Shown here: piece after piece, positions 1 to 9,409 of the stretch
How the letters are laid out: every line of letters starts with the position of its first letter
How positions within the stretch are numbered: position 1 is the first letter of the stretch
Source of the DNA: an uncultured Methanosarcinaceae archaeon
Lineage (GTDB): Archaea > Halobacteriota > Methanosarcinia > Methanosarcinales > Methanosarcinaceae
Assembly (NCBI GenBank): GCA_963847185.1
Contig: CAWJYV010000008.1
Coordinates: 96,001-160,000 of the forward strand
Reading direction: 5' to 3'
DNA length: 64,000 bases
Notes under the pieces: generated by a model
The model's database searches: none
What the model was told of the DNA's origin: nothing
The model's input: only the letters and a program-made list of their open reading frames with translations
Made by a program: the position numbers and the translations under genes

Positions 1-12
1 GGAATCAAAGCC

Positions 13-414
13 ATGAGTGTTTTGAGTTTTGAGGTAGGGAGTTTGTTTCAGATTATGCGAAAAGCTGGCAGAATCGAAATTCTCCTTGAAGCAAAGCAGA
101 TCGGAGAAGATTACCTGCTAACCCTTACAGGTGGAAGAGAACATGTAGGAGCTGTTGCCATAGGGCTTTTTGATGAAAAAAGCCAGAGGACAAGCTCGTC
201 AGTGATAACATTGCCCGGGCACAGGGAAGAACAACTTGCCCTTCAGGGTGCAAGACAGGTCAGCAAAGCCACGAAGAGAACTACAGTATTTGTTGCAGGC
301 ATCCATCAGGATAATATCAGCCCTGAAGAGATAATGGGTATAGTTTCAGTCTCAGAGGAAATGGTAGCAAGTTTTATTGATTTTTTTGAAAGGCAGAGAA
401 GAAGAAATGAATAA
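13..414 (+). CDS. LpdD-like prenylated-flavin chaperone family protein
   Basis: 133 aa with LTGG..HVGAVA and GHREE motifs typical of the family; overlaps ubiX. Confidence 0.65.
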   Translation: MSVLSFEVGSLFQIMRKAGRIEILLEAKQIGEDYLLTLTGGREHVGAVAIGLFDEKSQRTSSSVITLPGHREEQLALQGARQVSKATKRTTVFVAGIHQDNISPEEIMGIVSVSEEMVASFIDFFERQRRRNE

Positions 415-1027
415 AACAAACGCAGAGTCAGGAAGAAATGAACAAAACAAAGACAGGGTAAGGGAGAGACGAATAATGGAAATAGCGGTAGGCATAAGTG
501 GAGCCTCAGGAGTCCAGTATGGGATTCGCCTTCTTGAGGTGTTTGCGGAAAAAGGAATCAAAACCCATCTGGTTTTGACTGACGCTGCAAAACAGATAAT
601 ACAGATCGAAACCGACTACGCTCCCCTTACAGTAGAAAAAATTGCAACCTGGAGCTATTCCCAGAAAGATTTTTCTGCACCCATTGCAAGCGGATCTTAC
701 AGGACAGCAGGAATGGTTGTTGCTCCCTGCAGCATGAAAACCCTTGCTGCAATTGCAAATGGTGTATCGGACACGCTTCTCACAAGGGCTGCAGACGTAT
801 GCCTGAAAGAGGAGAGAAAACTTATTTTAATGACTCGCGAAACTCCCCTAAACCTCATACACCTTGAAAATATGCTTAAGGCAAAAAAAGCAGGAGCGAG
901 TATTCTTCCGGCATGTCCTGGTTTCTATTCAAAGCCCAAAACTCTGGATGATATCATAAATATTATGGTAGGAAGAGCTCTTGACCTTCTGGGAATCGAA
1001 AATGAAATTTATCAGCGCTGGGATTGA
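407..1027 (+). CDS. ubiX: UbiX family flavin prenyltransferase
   Basis: GISGASG, IASGSY, APCSMKTLAAIANG, RAADVCLKE, RETPL motifs; start may instead be ATG 476. Confidence 0.92.
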   Translation: MNKTNAESGRNEQNKDRVRERRIMEIAVGISGASGVQYGIRLLEVFAEKGIKTHLVLTDAAKQIIQIETDYAPLTVEKIATWSYSQKDFSAPIASGSYRTAGMVVAPCSMKTLAAIANGVSDTLLTRAADVCLKEERKLILMTRETPLNLIHLENMLKAKKAGASILPACPGFYSKPKTLDDIINIMVGRALDLLGIENEIYQRWD

Positions 1028-1171
1028 ATTTAATAAGCTCAGTAAAATAATCTCAACAAAAGCTTCTCGAAAGTACACAGAATAGGAGAAGTTTCTATTC
1101 TTATGAATAACAGGCTCATGTTCTAACGAAACCTATATAAAGGATAATAACCTTTGAGAGGAAGTACCCTT

Positions 1172-1246
1172 GGGATAGTAGGGTAGCTTGGTCCATCCTC
1201 GAGCGTTTGGGACGCTTGGACCGCGGTTCAAATCCGCGCTATCCCA
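1172..1246 (+). tRNA. tRNA-Pro (anticodon TGG), no intron, CCA not encoded
   Basis: Acceptor stem GGGATAG/CTATCCC; anticodon arm GAGCG-TT-TGG-GA-CGCTT; T-arm CGCGG-TTCAAAT-CCGCG; TATA-like CTATATAA near 1133; T-tract downstream. Confidence 0.96.
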
Positions 1247-1838
1247 TCAATTATTTTTCTTTTATATTTAGACAATTTTTTTTCTTAAAGTAAAATTTCT
1301 TCTCTTAAAGTAAAATTACTTTTTCCTTTAATCAACTGCCACTTTTCCATTAAATCAGGTGCTATTTTCTCTTTTATGTCAAGTTTTTCTTTCTCCAGCC
1401 TATTTATTCCTCTTTGATCCTGAATTTTTGACTTAGCTCTTCTGTTTAAATTTTATTTCTCCAGTTTGGTTTTCATCCGGCAGTTACCCCTATCCACACT
1501 AATTTTTTCCATTTTGTCTCTATAATAATTTAATAAATGATAATTCCTCCAAATAAAATAATTTTCTGCCATTTAGTGACCCTTTTTTATTATATTTAGG
1601 CATTATTTTAAAAACCAACATATTTATATTGTTTATCATGTCTATATTATCTTATATTTAATATCCATTCTCGGATGAGATATTGGCCTCAAAGAATTTC
1701 ATATGGGGGAGTAAATTCTTTGATTAAGTATCCGGTTTCACATTTTTATGTTAATGGATATTGAATGTATATTTATATGAAATTGTGAATTGCACAAACT
1801 TTGCTGATAATATGAGTTCCCCCCTCAATTTTTCTTAA

Positions 1839-3782
1839 ATGAACGGAGGAATCAGAATAAGTAAGTTAACAATGTTACTCTTAGCTCTTCTTATTTTAGT
1901 TTCAATTCCAGGACTCGGAAACGCGGCTGAAATTTTTGTTCAGCCAGGAAATTCAATACAAACTGCTGTGAACAATGCAAGTCCTGGTGACATAATTACA
2001 GTAAAAGCAGGTAACTATTCAGAAAATATTAAAATCACTACAGGAAATCTTACGCTCAGATCGGAATCCGGAAACCCTGATAATACCATAATCCAGGCAA
2101 AGAGTTTTGGCAATATATTTCTTTTACAAGGAAACAATATAAAAATCACCGGCTTCAAGATTATTGGCTCAACCAGATTCAGTTGCGTAGGAGTCAATCT
2201 GTCTTCAGCCAGTAACTGTACGGTTGAGAACAACAAATTTTTGAACAATGCGCGTGGAATCTTTCTCCTCAGGTCCAATGGGAATGCGGTATTAAAGAAT
2301 AATATTGCTGATAGTAGAGAATATGGAATTGCACTTCAATATTCTACGAATAATATTGTCTCAGGAAATATTGCTTCTGAAAGTCAAAGAGGAATTTATT
2401 TTGGCACTTCTGATGATAATATCTTCTCACGCAATATTATCCAAAACAATAGTGTCTTCGGTCTTTTTGTCTGTGGCAGAAGTGATAGGAATCTGATTTA
2501 CGATAATTACTTCAATGACACCAGTATGACTATCCGAAATGGAACCGGAAACGTCTATTATATTACAAAAATCGCAGGTACTAACATCGTCGGCGGACCC
2601 AATATAGGAGGCAACTTCTGGGCAAAACCTGACGGAAAAGGATTTTCGCAGACTGCGGTGGATAAAGATGGGGACGGAATTTCCGATTCTGTTTACAAGA
2701 ACTTAATGGGAAGCAAATATACAGACTCCTTCCCTCTCGTTGATCCGAACTCCCCTGAGCCAGTCCTTCCTGTTGCAGCGTTCAGCAGCAATATAAGTTC
2801 AGGAGACTCACCTCTTGTTGTCAGCTTTGCTGATAAAAGCACAGGGACGCCCAGCACATGGAAATGGAATTTTGGAGACGGAACTTATTCGACAGGCAAA
2901 AATCCAGTACATACCTATTCTGCGGCAGGAAATTACACAGTGTCACTTACAGTAAGCAGTAATGCAGGTAGCAATACAACAATTAAATCGAATTATATAA
3001 AAGTGACAGCGAATAATACAACACAAAAACCTGTCGTAAGCTTCTGGGGCTCACGAACTTCAGGGACGGCTCCCCTGATTCTAGGCTTTACTGATGCAAG
3101 CACAGGAACACCAACTGCATGGAACTGGAGTTTTGGAGATGGAACGTACTCAACAGTCCAGGGTCCAAGGCATACTTACTCAAAAGCAGGAAATTATACG
3201 GTAACGCTTACCGCAAGCAATGCAGCCGGAGGCGGGACGAAAACCAGAACTGATTACATAAAGGTAGCGGCGCCTGTACAGAAGCCAGTTGCTGGTTTCA
3301 GCAGCAATGTTACTTCCGGAAACTTACCCTTACATGTGGCTTTCACTGATGCAAGTATAGGAACACCGACGACATGGAACTGGAGCTTTGGAGACAGCAC
3401 GTATTCAACCCAGCAGAATCCTATACACACCTATTCAAAGTCAGGAAGCTACACAATAACACTTACAGCAAGCAATTCTGCAGGCAGTAATACGACAACA
3501 AAGTCCGGTTATATAAAAGTGACAGAAGCCGCACAAAAACCTGTTGTAAGCTTCTGGGGTTCACGAACTTCAGGAACTGCTCCACTGACTATCGGTTTTA
3601 CGGATTCAAGTACAGAGTTCCCAATTGCGTGGAACTGGAGTTTTGGAGATGGAACCTATTCAACAGTCCAAAGCCCAAGACATACTTACTCAAAAGCAGG
3701 AAATTATACGGTAACGCTTACGGCAAGCAATGAAGTCGGAAGCGGGACGAAAACAAGAAGTAACTATATAAAAATAGCATAA
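1839..3782 (+). CDS. Secreted cell-surface protein, NosD/CASH beta-helix plus 4 PKD domains
   Basis: Hydrophobic signal peptide; beta-helix repeats; GGPNIGGNFWAKPDG motif; four W-x-W-x-FGD PKD units. Confidence 0.9.
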   Translation: MNGGIRISKLTMLLLALLILVSIPGLGNAAEIFVQPGNSIQTAVNNASPGDIITVKAGNYSENIKITTGNLTLRSESGNPDNTIIQAKSFGNIFLLQGNNIKITGFKIIGSTRFSCVGVNLSSASNCTVENNKFLNNARGIFLLRSNGNAVLKNNIADSREYGIALQYSTNNIVSGNIASESQRGIYFGTSDDNIFSRNIIQNNSVFGLFVCGRSDRNLIYDNYFNDTSMTIRNGTGNVYYITKIAGTNIVGGPNIGGNFWAKPDGKGFSQTAVDKDGDGISDSVYKNLMGSKYTDSFPLVDPNSPEPVLPVAAFSSNISSGDSPLVVSFADKSTGTPSTWKWNFGDGTYSTGKNPVHTYSAAGNYTVSLTVSSNAGSNTTIKSNYIKVTANNTTQKPVVSFWGSRTSGTAPLILGFTDASTGTPTAWNWSFGDGTYSTVQGPRHTYSKAGNYTVTLTASNAAGGGTKTRTDYIKVAAPVQKPVAGFSSNVTSGNLPLHVAFTDASIGTPTTWNWSFGDSTYSTQQNPIHTYSKSGSYTITLTASNSAGSNTTTKSGYIKVTEAAQKPVVSFWGSRTSGTAPLTIGFTDSSTEFPIAWNWSFGDGTYSTVQSPRHTYSKAGNYTVTLTASNEVGSGTKTRSNYIKIA

Positions 3783-4314
3783 AAGCCTGATTTATACAAT
3801 GTTTACGGATAACATAAGAGACAAATAAACAAAAGTTGCAAATTTCTGGGACTACGGTCCCGGAAAAGTAACTTTGAATAATGTATCACCAGCATAACAC
3901 AAAACCACGTATGGATGAGTTCCCAAATTCGAGCATTATTTCTCAGGCTCAAACAACTTTTATTAACCGGCCAGGCAACCGATTTTTATTCGTGGGGCTT
4001 TTAAATTTTCAATCCCCTTTTACTTTTTTATATAGAGTCCATATCTAACCCAGATTTTTTAGTTTTGTTTTTTACCTCCGGATAAGGACGTGAATGACAA
4101 AAATTACAAGATTAATATTAATAAAAAATTTATATAGTAAGGGATTATAGAATTATAAATATTTGATAACTATCTGATCCAAAAAAATGGTTCTCAGATT
4201 TTCTGTCTATAAAAAACATGGGGATTGGAGTGTAAGTGCCAAGTTTGCTTACTTTAATTACTCGCTATTTTTTCGTTTAATAGAGTAAAATATTGTAGTA
4301 AGTTTAAAGAAATC

Positions 4315-7044
4315 TTGAATAAAATAATGAAGGATGAAAGCGTGAAAAAAAATCCTGATGAAAAAAACGATTCAAGTCTGAAAAAGGTAATAATAACCCT
4401 CAGTGAACTTCTGATTATATTTCTGGTCATAGGTTTAACGTTGGTAATGACAGGTACAGAGATTTCAGAAAACAACAGTACATTAAGTGTCGAGGAAAAT
4501 ACCGTAAACAATGAGACCTCAACCCCAGAAAGAAGCTACCAGCTACCTTTAAATGGAAATCTCACTGATGAAAAAGGCTTGAACATTGAGAATAACTCCG
4601 AAAATCTCGGACTCGCACCAGAAAATCCTGAATTTGTCAAGGAAACAAGGAACAAACTATACACTCAAACAGAACAGCCTGCAGAAGAGAATAAAACAGG
4701 TCTAACACCTGCACCTCTGGACCTTCAGTATCTCAGCGATATTTCTACTGTCGAAACGTCTGCTTCGGACAGTTATGACCCGCGGGATGCAAATTCTATT
4801 GTCCAGGCAGCGGGGAATGAAGTATCTGCTTCAAATAGCTATGATCTACGTGTTCTCAATAAGGTGACAAGTGTAAAAGATCAGGCTGATGCAGGAGTTT
4901 GCTGGACATTTGCAAGTTATGCTTCCTTAGAATCATATTTAAAGCCTGGAGAAAATCGAGATTTTTCTGAAAATCACATGAAAAACCTGCTTTCTTCTGC
5001 ATATGCGGAAGGTTTCGACCGTGGTGCCAATGACGGTGGAAATAGTTTTCAGTCTGCTGCTTATCTTACCCGCTGGGACGGGCCTGTAGATGAAAACGAC
5101 GATCCTTACTCTCCCTACTCAGAAATCTCCTCTGAGAGTTTGCCTTTACAGAAACACGTACAGAACGTACTTTTTATCCCGGATAGGGACAGTCCTCTTG
5201 ATAATGATGAGATTAAGTGGGCAGTCCAGAATTACGGAGCTGTATATACTACAATGTACTATGATAATTTTTATTCCCCTGCTAATTACAGCTATTTCTA
5301 TAATGGGACTTCACGATCTAACCATGCTGTGGCCATTGTAGGCTGGAACGACTCTTTTGACAGAAACAAATTTTCCAGGGTCCCTGCAGGAAATGGGGCA
5401 TTTATAATAAAAAACAGCTGGGGTTCCGGATGGGGTGAAAACGGATATTTCTATGTTTCATATTATGATCCAAGGATAGGAACCTACAATACAGTTATGA
5501 CGGCTGAAAGCCCTGATAATTATAAATCCATCTACCAGTACGATCCCTTTGGCTGGGTTAGCAGTGTGGGATACTCCAACCCCACTTGCTGGTGTGCAAA
5601 TGTCTTTACTGCAAAATCCGACGAAATTCTCAAAGCTGTAAGTTTCTATACAACGGACTCAAATTGCAACTATGAAATTTATATATATACTAATCCGGAG
5701 ACTGGCCCGATAAATCAATCAGGTCCTGTTCTCTCAAAGAGCGGGACAATCTCTGCAGCAGGCTATCACACAGTCCCCCTGGATTCTGATATTGAAATCC
5801 AAAACGGCCAAAAGTTCTCAGTTGTTCTGAAGTTCAACACCCCTGAATACGGTTATCCGGTTGCTATAGAAAAGCCCATTACAGGCTGGAGCAGTAAAGC
5901 AAAAGCAAACGCAGGAGAGAGCTTCATTAGTAGTAGCGGACAAACCTGGATAGACATTACGACTTATTTCTCGAATTCAAACGTATGCATCAAGGCTTTT
6001 ACTGTGCCAGGAACTCTGTCAGGAACTGTTCCTCCTGTAGCAAACTTCTCTGTAACTCCAAACTCAGGAAATGCTCCTCTTCAGATCAGTTTTACTGATA
6101 CCAGTACAGGATCCCCTACTGCCTGGAACTGGAACTTTGGAGACGGAAATACTTCAAGCGAACAGAATCCAAAGCATACTTATTTTGCAGCAGGAAATTA
6201 CACGGTAGCATTTACAGTGAGCAATGCTGCCGGGACAGACACAGTAACAAGGGCAGGTTACATAAATGTAAAAACAGCTCCTCCAAAGTTGCGTGCTGAT
6301 TTCTCTGCCTCTCCGACCTCAGGGAATGCCCCAATGAGAGTTGTTTTTACTGATGCCAGTACAGGGTCTCCAACTTCATGGAGATGGAGTTTTGGAGACG
6401 GGACATATTCAACCTCCAAGAACCCTTCACACACATACAGTAAAGCAGGGAAATATACGATCAGTTTGACAGTAAGAAATACTGCTGGGAGTATTATAGC
6501 AACGAAATCCGGCTATATAAATGTAGGAGCTCCCCTGAAAGCTCCGGTTTCCGCGTTTTCCGCATCTACAACTTCAGGATATGCTCCAATTAAAGTCACG
6601 TTTACAGACAGCAGCGCAAATTCACCGACTTCATGGAGATGGAATTTTGGAGATGGAATTACCTCAACCGAGCAGAATCCGGAGCATACGTACAGTAAAA
6701 CGGGAAGATATACCGTCAGCCTGGTAGTAAGGAATTCTATAGGAAGTAACACAGCAACGAAATCTAGATATATAAATGTCTTAACTCCCTTGAAAGTTCC
6801 GATTGCTTCTCTTTCAGCCTCCCCTACTTCTGGAAAGGCGCCTTTGAGGGTACAGTTTACTGACAGGAGCACAGAATCTCCAATTTCGTGGAGATGGAGT
6901 TTTGGGGACGGGACTTATTCCACATCAAAAAATCCTGCACATACATACAGCAAAGCAGGAAGGTACACTGTTACGCTGACAACAACAAATGCCAGAGGAA
7001 GTAACACTAAAACAGTAGCCGGGTATATTACAGTCTCCAGATAA
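4315..7044 (+). CDS. Papain-like (C1A) cysteine peptidase with lectin-like domain and 4 PKD domains
   Basis: KDQ...GVCWTF (catalytic Gln/Cys), NHAVAIVGW (His), IKNSWG (Asn); N-terminal TM segment; PKD repeats. Confidence 0.9.
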   Translation: MNKIMKDESVKKNPDEKNDSSLKKVIITLSELLIIFLVIGLTLVMTGTEISENNSTLSVEENTVNNETSTPERSYQLPLNGNLTDEKGLNIENNSENLGLAPENPEFVKETRNKLYTQTEQPAEENKTGLTPAPLDLQYLSDISTVETSASDSYDPRDANSIVQAAGNEVSASNSYDLRVLNKVTSVKDQADAGVCWTFASYASLESYLKPGENRDFSENHMKNLLSSAYAEGFDRGANDGGNSFQSAAYLTRWDGPVDENDDPYSPYSEISSESLPLQKHVQNVLFIPDRDSPLDNDEIKWAVQNYGAVYTTMYYDNFYSPANYSYFYNGTSRSNHAVAIVGWNDSFDRNKFSRVPAGNGAFIIKNSWGSGWGENGYFYVSYYDPRIGTYNTVMTAESPDNYKSIYQYDPFGWVSSVGYSNPTCWCANVFTAKSDEILKAVSFYTTDSNCNYEIYIYTNPETGPINQSGPVLSKSGTISAAGYHTVPLDSDIEIQNGQKFSVVLKFNTPEYGYPVAIEKPITGWSSKAKANAGESFISSSGQTWIDITTYFSNSNVCIKAFTVPGTLSGTVPPVANFSVTPNSGNAPLQISFTDTSTGSPTAWNWNFGDGNTSSEQNPKHTYFAAGNYTVAFTVSNAAGTDTVTRAGYINVKTAPPKLRADFSASPTSGNAPMRVVFTDASTGSPTSWRWSFGDGTYSTSKNPSHTYSKAGKYTISLTVRNTAGSIIATKSGYINVGAPLKAPVSAFSASTTSGYAPIKVTFTDSSANSPTSWRWNFGDGITSTEQNPEHTYSKTGRYTVSLVVRNSIGSNTATKSRYINVLTPLKVPIASLSASPTSGKAPLRVQFTDRSTESPISWRWSFGDGTYSTSKNPAHTYSKAGRYTVTLTTTNARGSNTKTVAGYITVSR

Positions 7045-7490
7045 ATCCCGTACTGAAAAGATAAAGGTTAAAGGGAGTGAGCAGGGTTATTGATCAAAGC
7101 CAGAAAAATGACTTTATTAGCCTTTTCCGCTCTCATTAACTTTTTTCGGCAAGATCGGTGAGCCATTTTTTTCGTTAATATTTTTGCACGGTTGTTAAAA
7201 TTTCCCTCTTGTTTGGATTTATTTATTTTTTATACTCTTTTAATTTCCAAAAGTACATTTTCTTATGTCTTTCGCCTAAACTAATTTAATTTTATCAGAT
7301 TCTAATGCATCTGATTCTCGTTCTAAGATAAATCTCTCAAGTTAGAGTGGTTTGAGTCCAGAGTAGTTTGATTCCAGATTTAAAGAAGCAATTTGATTCC
7401 AGATAAGAAACAAATAAAAATCATTAAAGAGTAAACTGTATTAATATTTTGTACTTCGGGAAGTAAATGGAAACAGAGAAGGAATAATTA

Positions 7491-9245
7491 ATGAATAACA
7501 AAGAAATATTTTTTTCAATAGTTTTAATTCTTTTGTCCTTAATTTTCGCATCACCTATGACATCAGCGTCTACTACACAATCTGTAAATGACCAGCTTAC
7601 TATTAATGAAACTCAAATAACTATTAATAAACTGCATCAGAGCAATCCTGCAATCTATGGGGACAGAATAGTGTGGAAGGATGAAAGAAATGGAAACGGT
7701 GATATTTATGTATACAATCTTTCAACTTCCCGAGAAACTCAGATAACTACTGACAAATCAGATCAATATCTGCCTTTTGTTTATGGTGATCGGGTAGTGT
7801 GGGAGGATGAACGAAATGGAAACGTGGATATCTACATGTACAACCTTTCCACTTCGAAGGAAAGCCGGATAACCTCCAATAAGTCAGATCAGCTGTGGGC
7901 TTCAATCTACGGTAACAGAATGGTATGGGTGGACACCCGATATGGAAACTACGATATATTCATGTACGATCTCTCCACTTCAAAAGAAACTCAGATAACC
8001 ACCAGTAAATCAAATAAGCTCTTTCCCAGAATCTACGAGGACAGGATTGTGTGGGAGGATTATCGAAATGGAAAATATGATCTTCGCATGTATAATCTCT
8101 CCACTTCAAAAGAAAACCGGATTGTTGCCAATATATCATATTCTGCAATTGCTTCTATCTATGATGATAAGATAGTATGGTCGGATGACCGCAATGAACC
8201 GCGAAATTACGATATATATCTGTACAATCTTTCCACATCCAGAGAAACCCGGATAACCACCAATAAATCAGACCAGTACTTACCTGTTGTCTCTGAAAGC
8301 AGGATAGTTTGGTACGATTTGAGGAACGGAAACAGGGATATCTACATGTACGACCTTTCAACATCCCGAGAAACTCAGATAAGCAGCGCTGAATCAAATC
8401 AATATAATCCTGCTATTTACGGGAACAGGATAGTGTGGGAAGATGATCGAAATGGAAACTTGGATGTCTATATGTGCACTCTTGGGTCTAACCTTCCTGT
8501 TTCTGCTTTTTCTGCATCCCCTACTTCGGGAAATGCCCCACTGAAAATCTCATTCACTGATGGGAGTACAGGATCACCTACTTCCTGGAACTGGAGTTTT
8601 GGAGACAAAACATATTCAACTTCTAAGAATCCCTCACATACATTCAGTAAAGCAGGGAAGTACACAGTTAGCCTAACCATTAAGAACGCAGCTGGGAGCA
8701 ATGAAGCAACAAAGTTCGGTTATATTGTTGTAAATGCTATGAAAACTCCTGTTACTTCTTTATCCGCCTCTCCACGCTCTGGAAATGCTCCTTTGAAAGT
8801 TAAGTTTGCTGATAAAAGTACCAACAGTCCAACGGCATGGAAATGGAGCTTTGGAGACGGAACTTATTCAACCTCTAAGAACCCTTCACATACGTACAGC
8901 AAAGCCGGAAAATACACGGTCAGTTTAACAGTAAAGAACGCCGCCGGAAGTAACACCAAAACAGTGTCCAAATATATTGTTGTAAACAAGGTTGTGAAAC
9001 CTGTTGCTGCTTTCTTGGCAACCCCTGCCTCAGGAAAATTGCCGTTGAAGGTGCAGTTTACTGACAAGAGTACCAATAGTCCTACATCGTGGAAATGGAG
9101 CTTTGGAGACGGAACATATTCAACCTCCAAAAATCCTTCACACACGTACAGTAAAGCAGGAAGGTACACTGTTTACTTAACAGCAAAGAATTCAGCAGGC
9201 AGCAGCACAAAAACAATGTCTGGATATATTACAGTTTCCAAATGA
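7491..9245 (+). CDS. Cell-surface protein with TolB-like beta-propeller repeats plus 3 PKD domains
   Basis: Repeated P-x-IYGDRIVW-x-D-x-RNGN-x-DIYMY-x-LST units; signal peptide; PKD repeats. Confidence 0.9.
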   Translation: MNNKEIFFSIVLILLSLIFASPMTSASTTQSVNDQLTINETQITINKLHQSNPAIYGDRIVWKDERNGNGDIYVYNLSTSRETQITTDKSDQYLPFVYGDRVVWEDERNGNVDIYMYNLSTSKESRITSNKSDQLWASIYGNRMVWVDTRYGNYDIFMYDLSTSKETQITTSKSNKLFPRIYEDRIVWEDYRNGKYDLRMYNLSTSKENRIVANISYSAIASIYDDKIVWSDDRNEPRNYDIYLYNLSTSRETRITTNKSDQYLPVVSESRIVWYDLRNGNRDIYMYDLSTSRETQISSAESNQYNPAIYGNRIVWEDDRNGNLDVYMCTLGSNLPVSAFSASPTSGNAPLKISFTDGSTGSPTSWNWSFGDKTYSTSKNPSHTFSKAGKYTVSLTIKNAAGSNEATKFGYIVVNAMKTPVTSLSASPRSGNAPLKVKFADKSTNSPTAWKWSFGDGTYSTSKNPSHTYSKAGKYTVSLTVKNAAGSNTKTVSKYIVVNKVVKPVAAFLATPASGKLPLKVQFTDKSTNSPTSWKWSFGDGTYSTSKNPSHTYSKAGRYTVYLTAKNSAGSSTKTMSGYITVSK

Positions 9246-9313
9246 ATGTATTAAATAAAAAATAAGCATGATGGCAGACTGTTTCTCTTTCTGTCTTTAA
9301 TTAAAAGAAGTAG

Positions 9314-9334
9314 CCACCGGAATTTCTCCGGTGG
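9314..9334. terminator. Hairpin between convergent genes
   Basis: CCACCGGA-ATTTC-TCCGGTGG, followed by T-rich sequence. Confidence 0.4.
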
Positions 9335-9409
9335 ATATTTAATTTCTTGTAAGTTTTTTCTTCTAAGTTTTTCTTCTAAATTTCGGACCCAAATATTTCC
9401 TTAATATGA

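Noticed and set aside
1172-1500. tRNA-Pro as an integration site
   Set aside because: No duplicate of the tRNA 3' end and no integrase seen in the window
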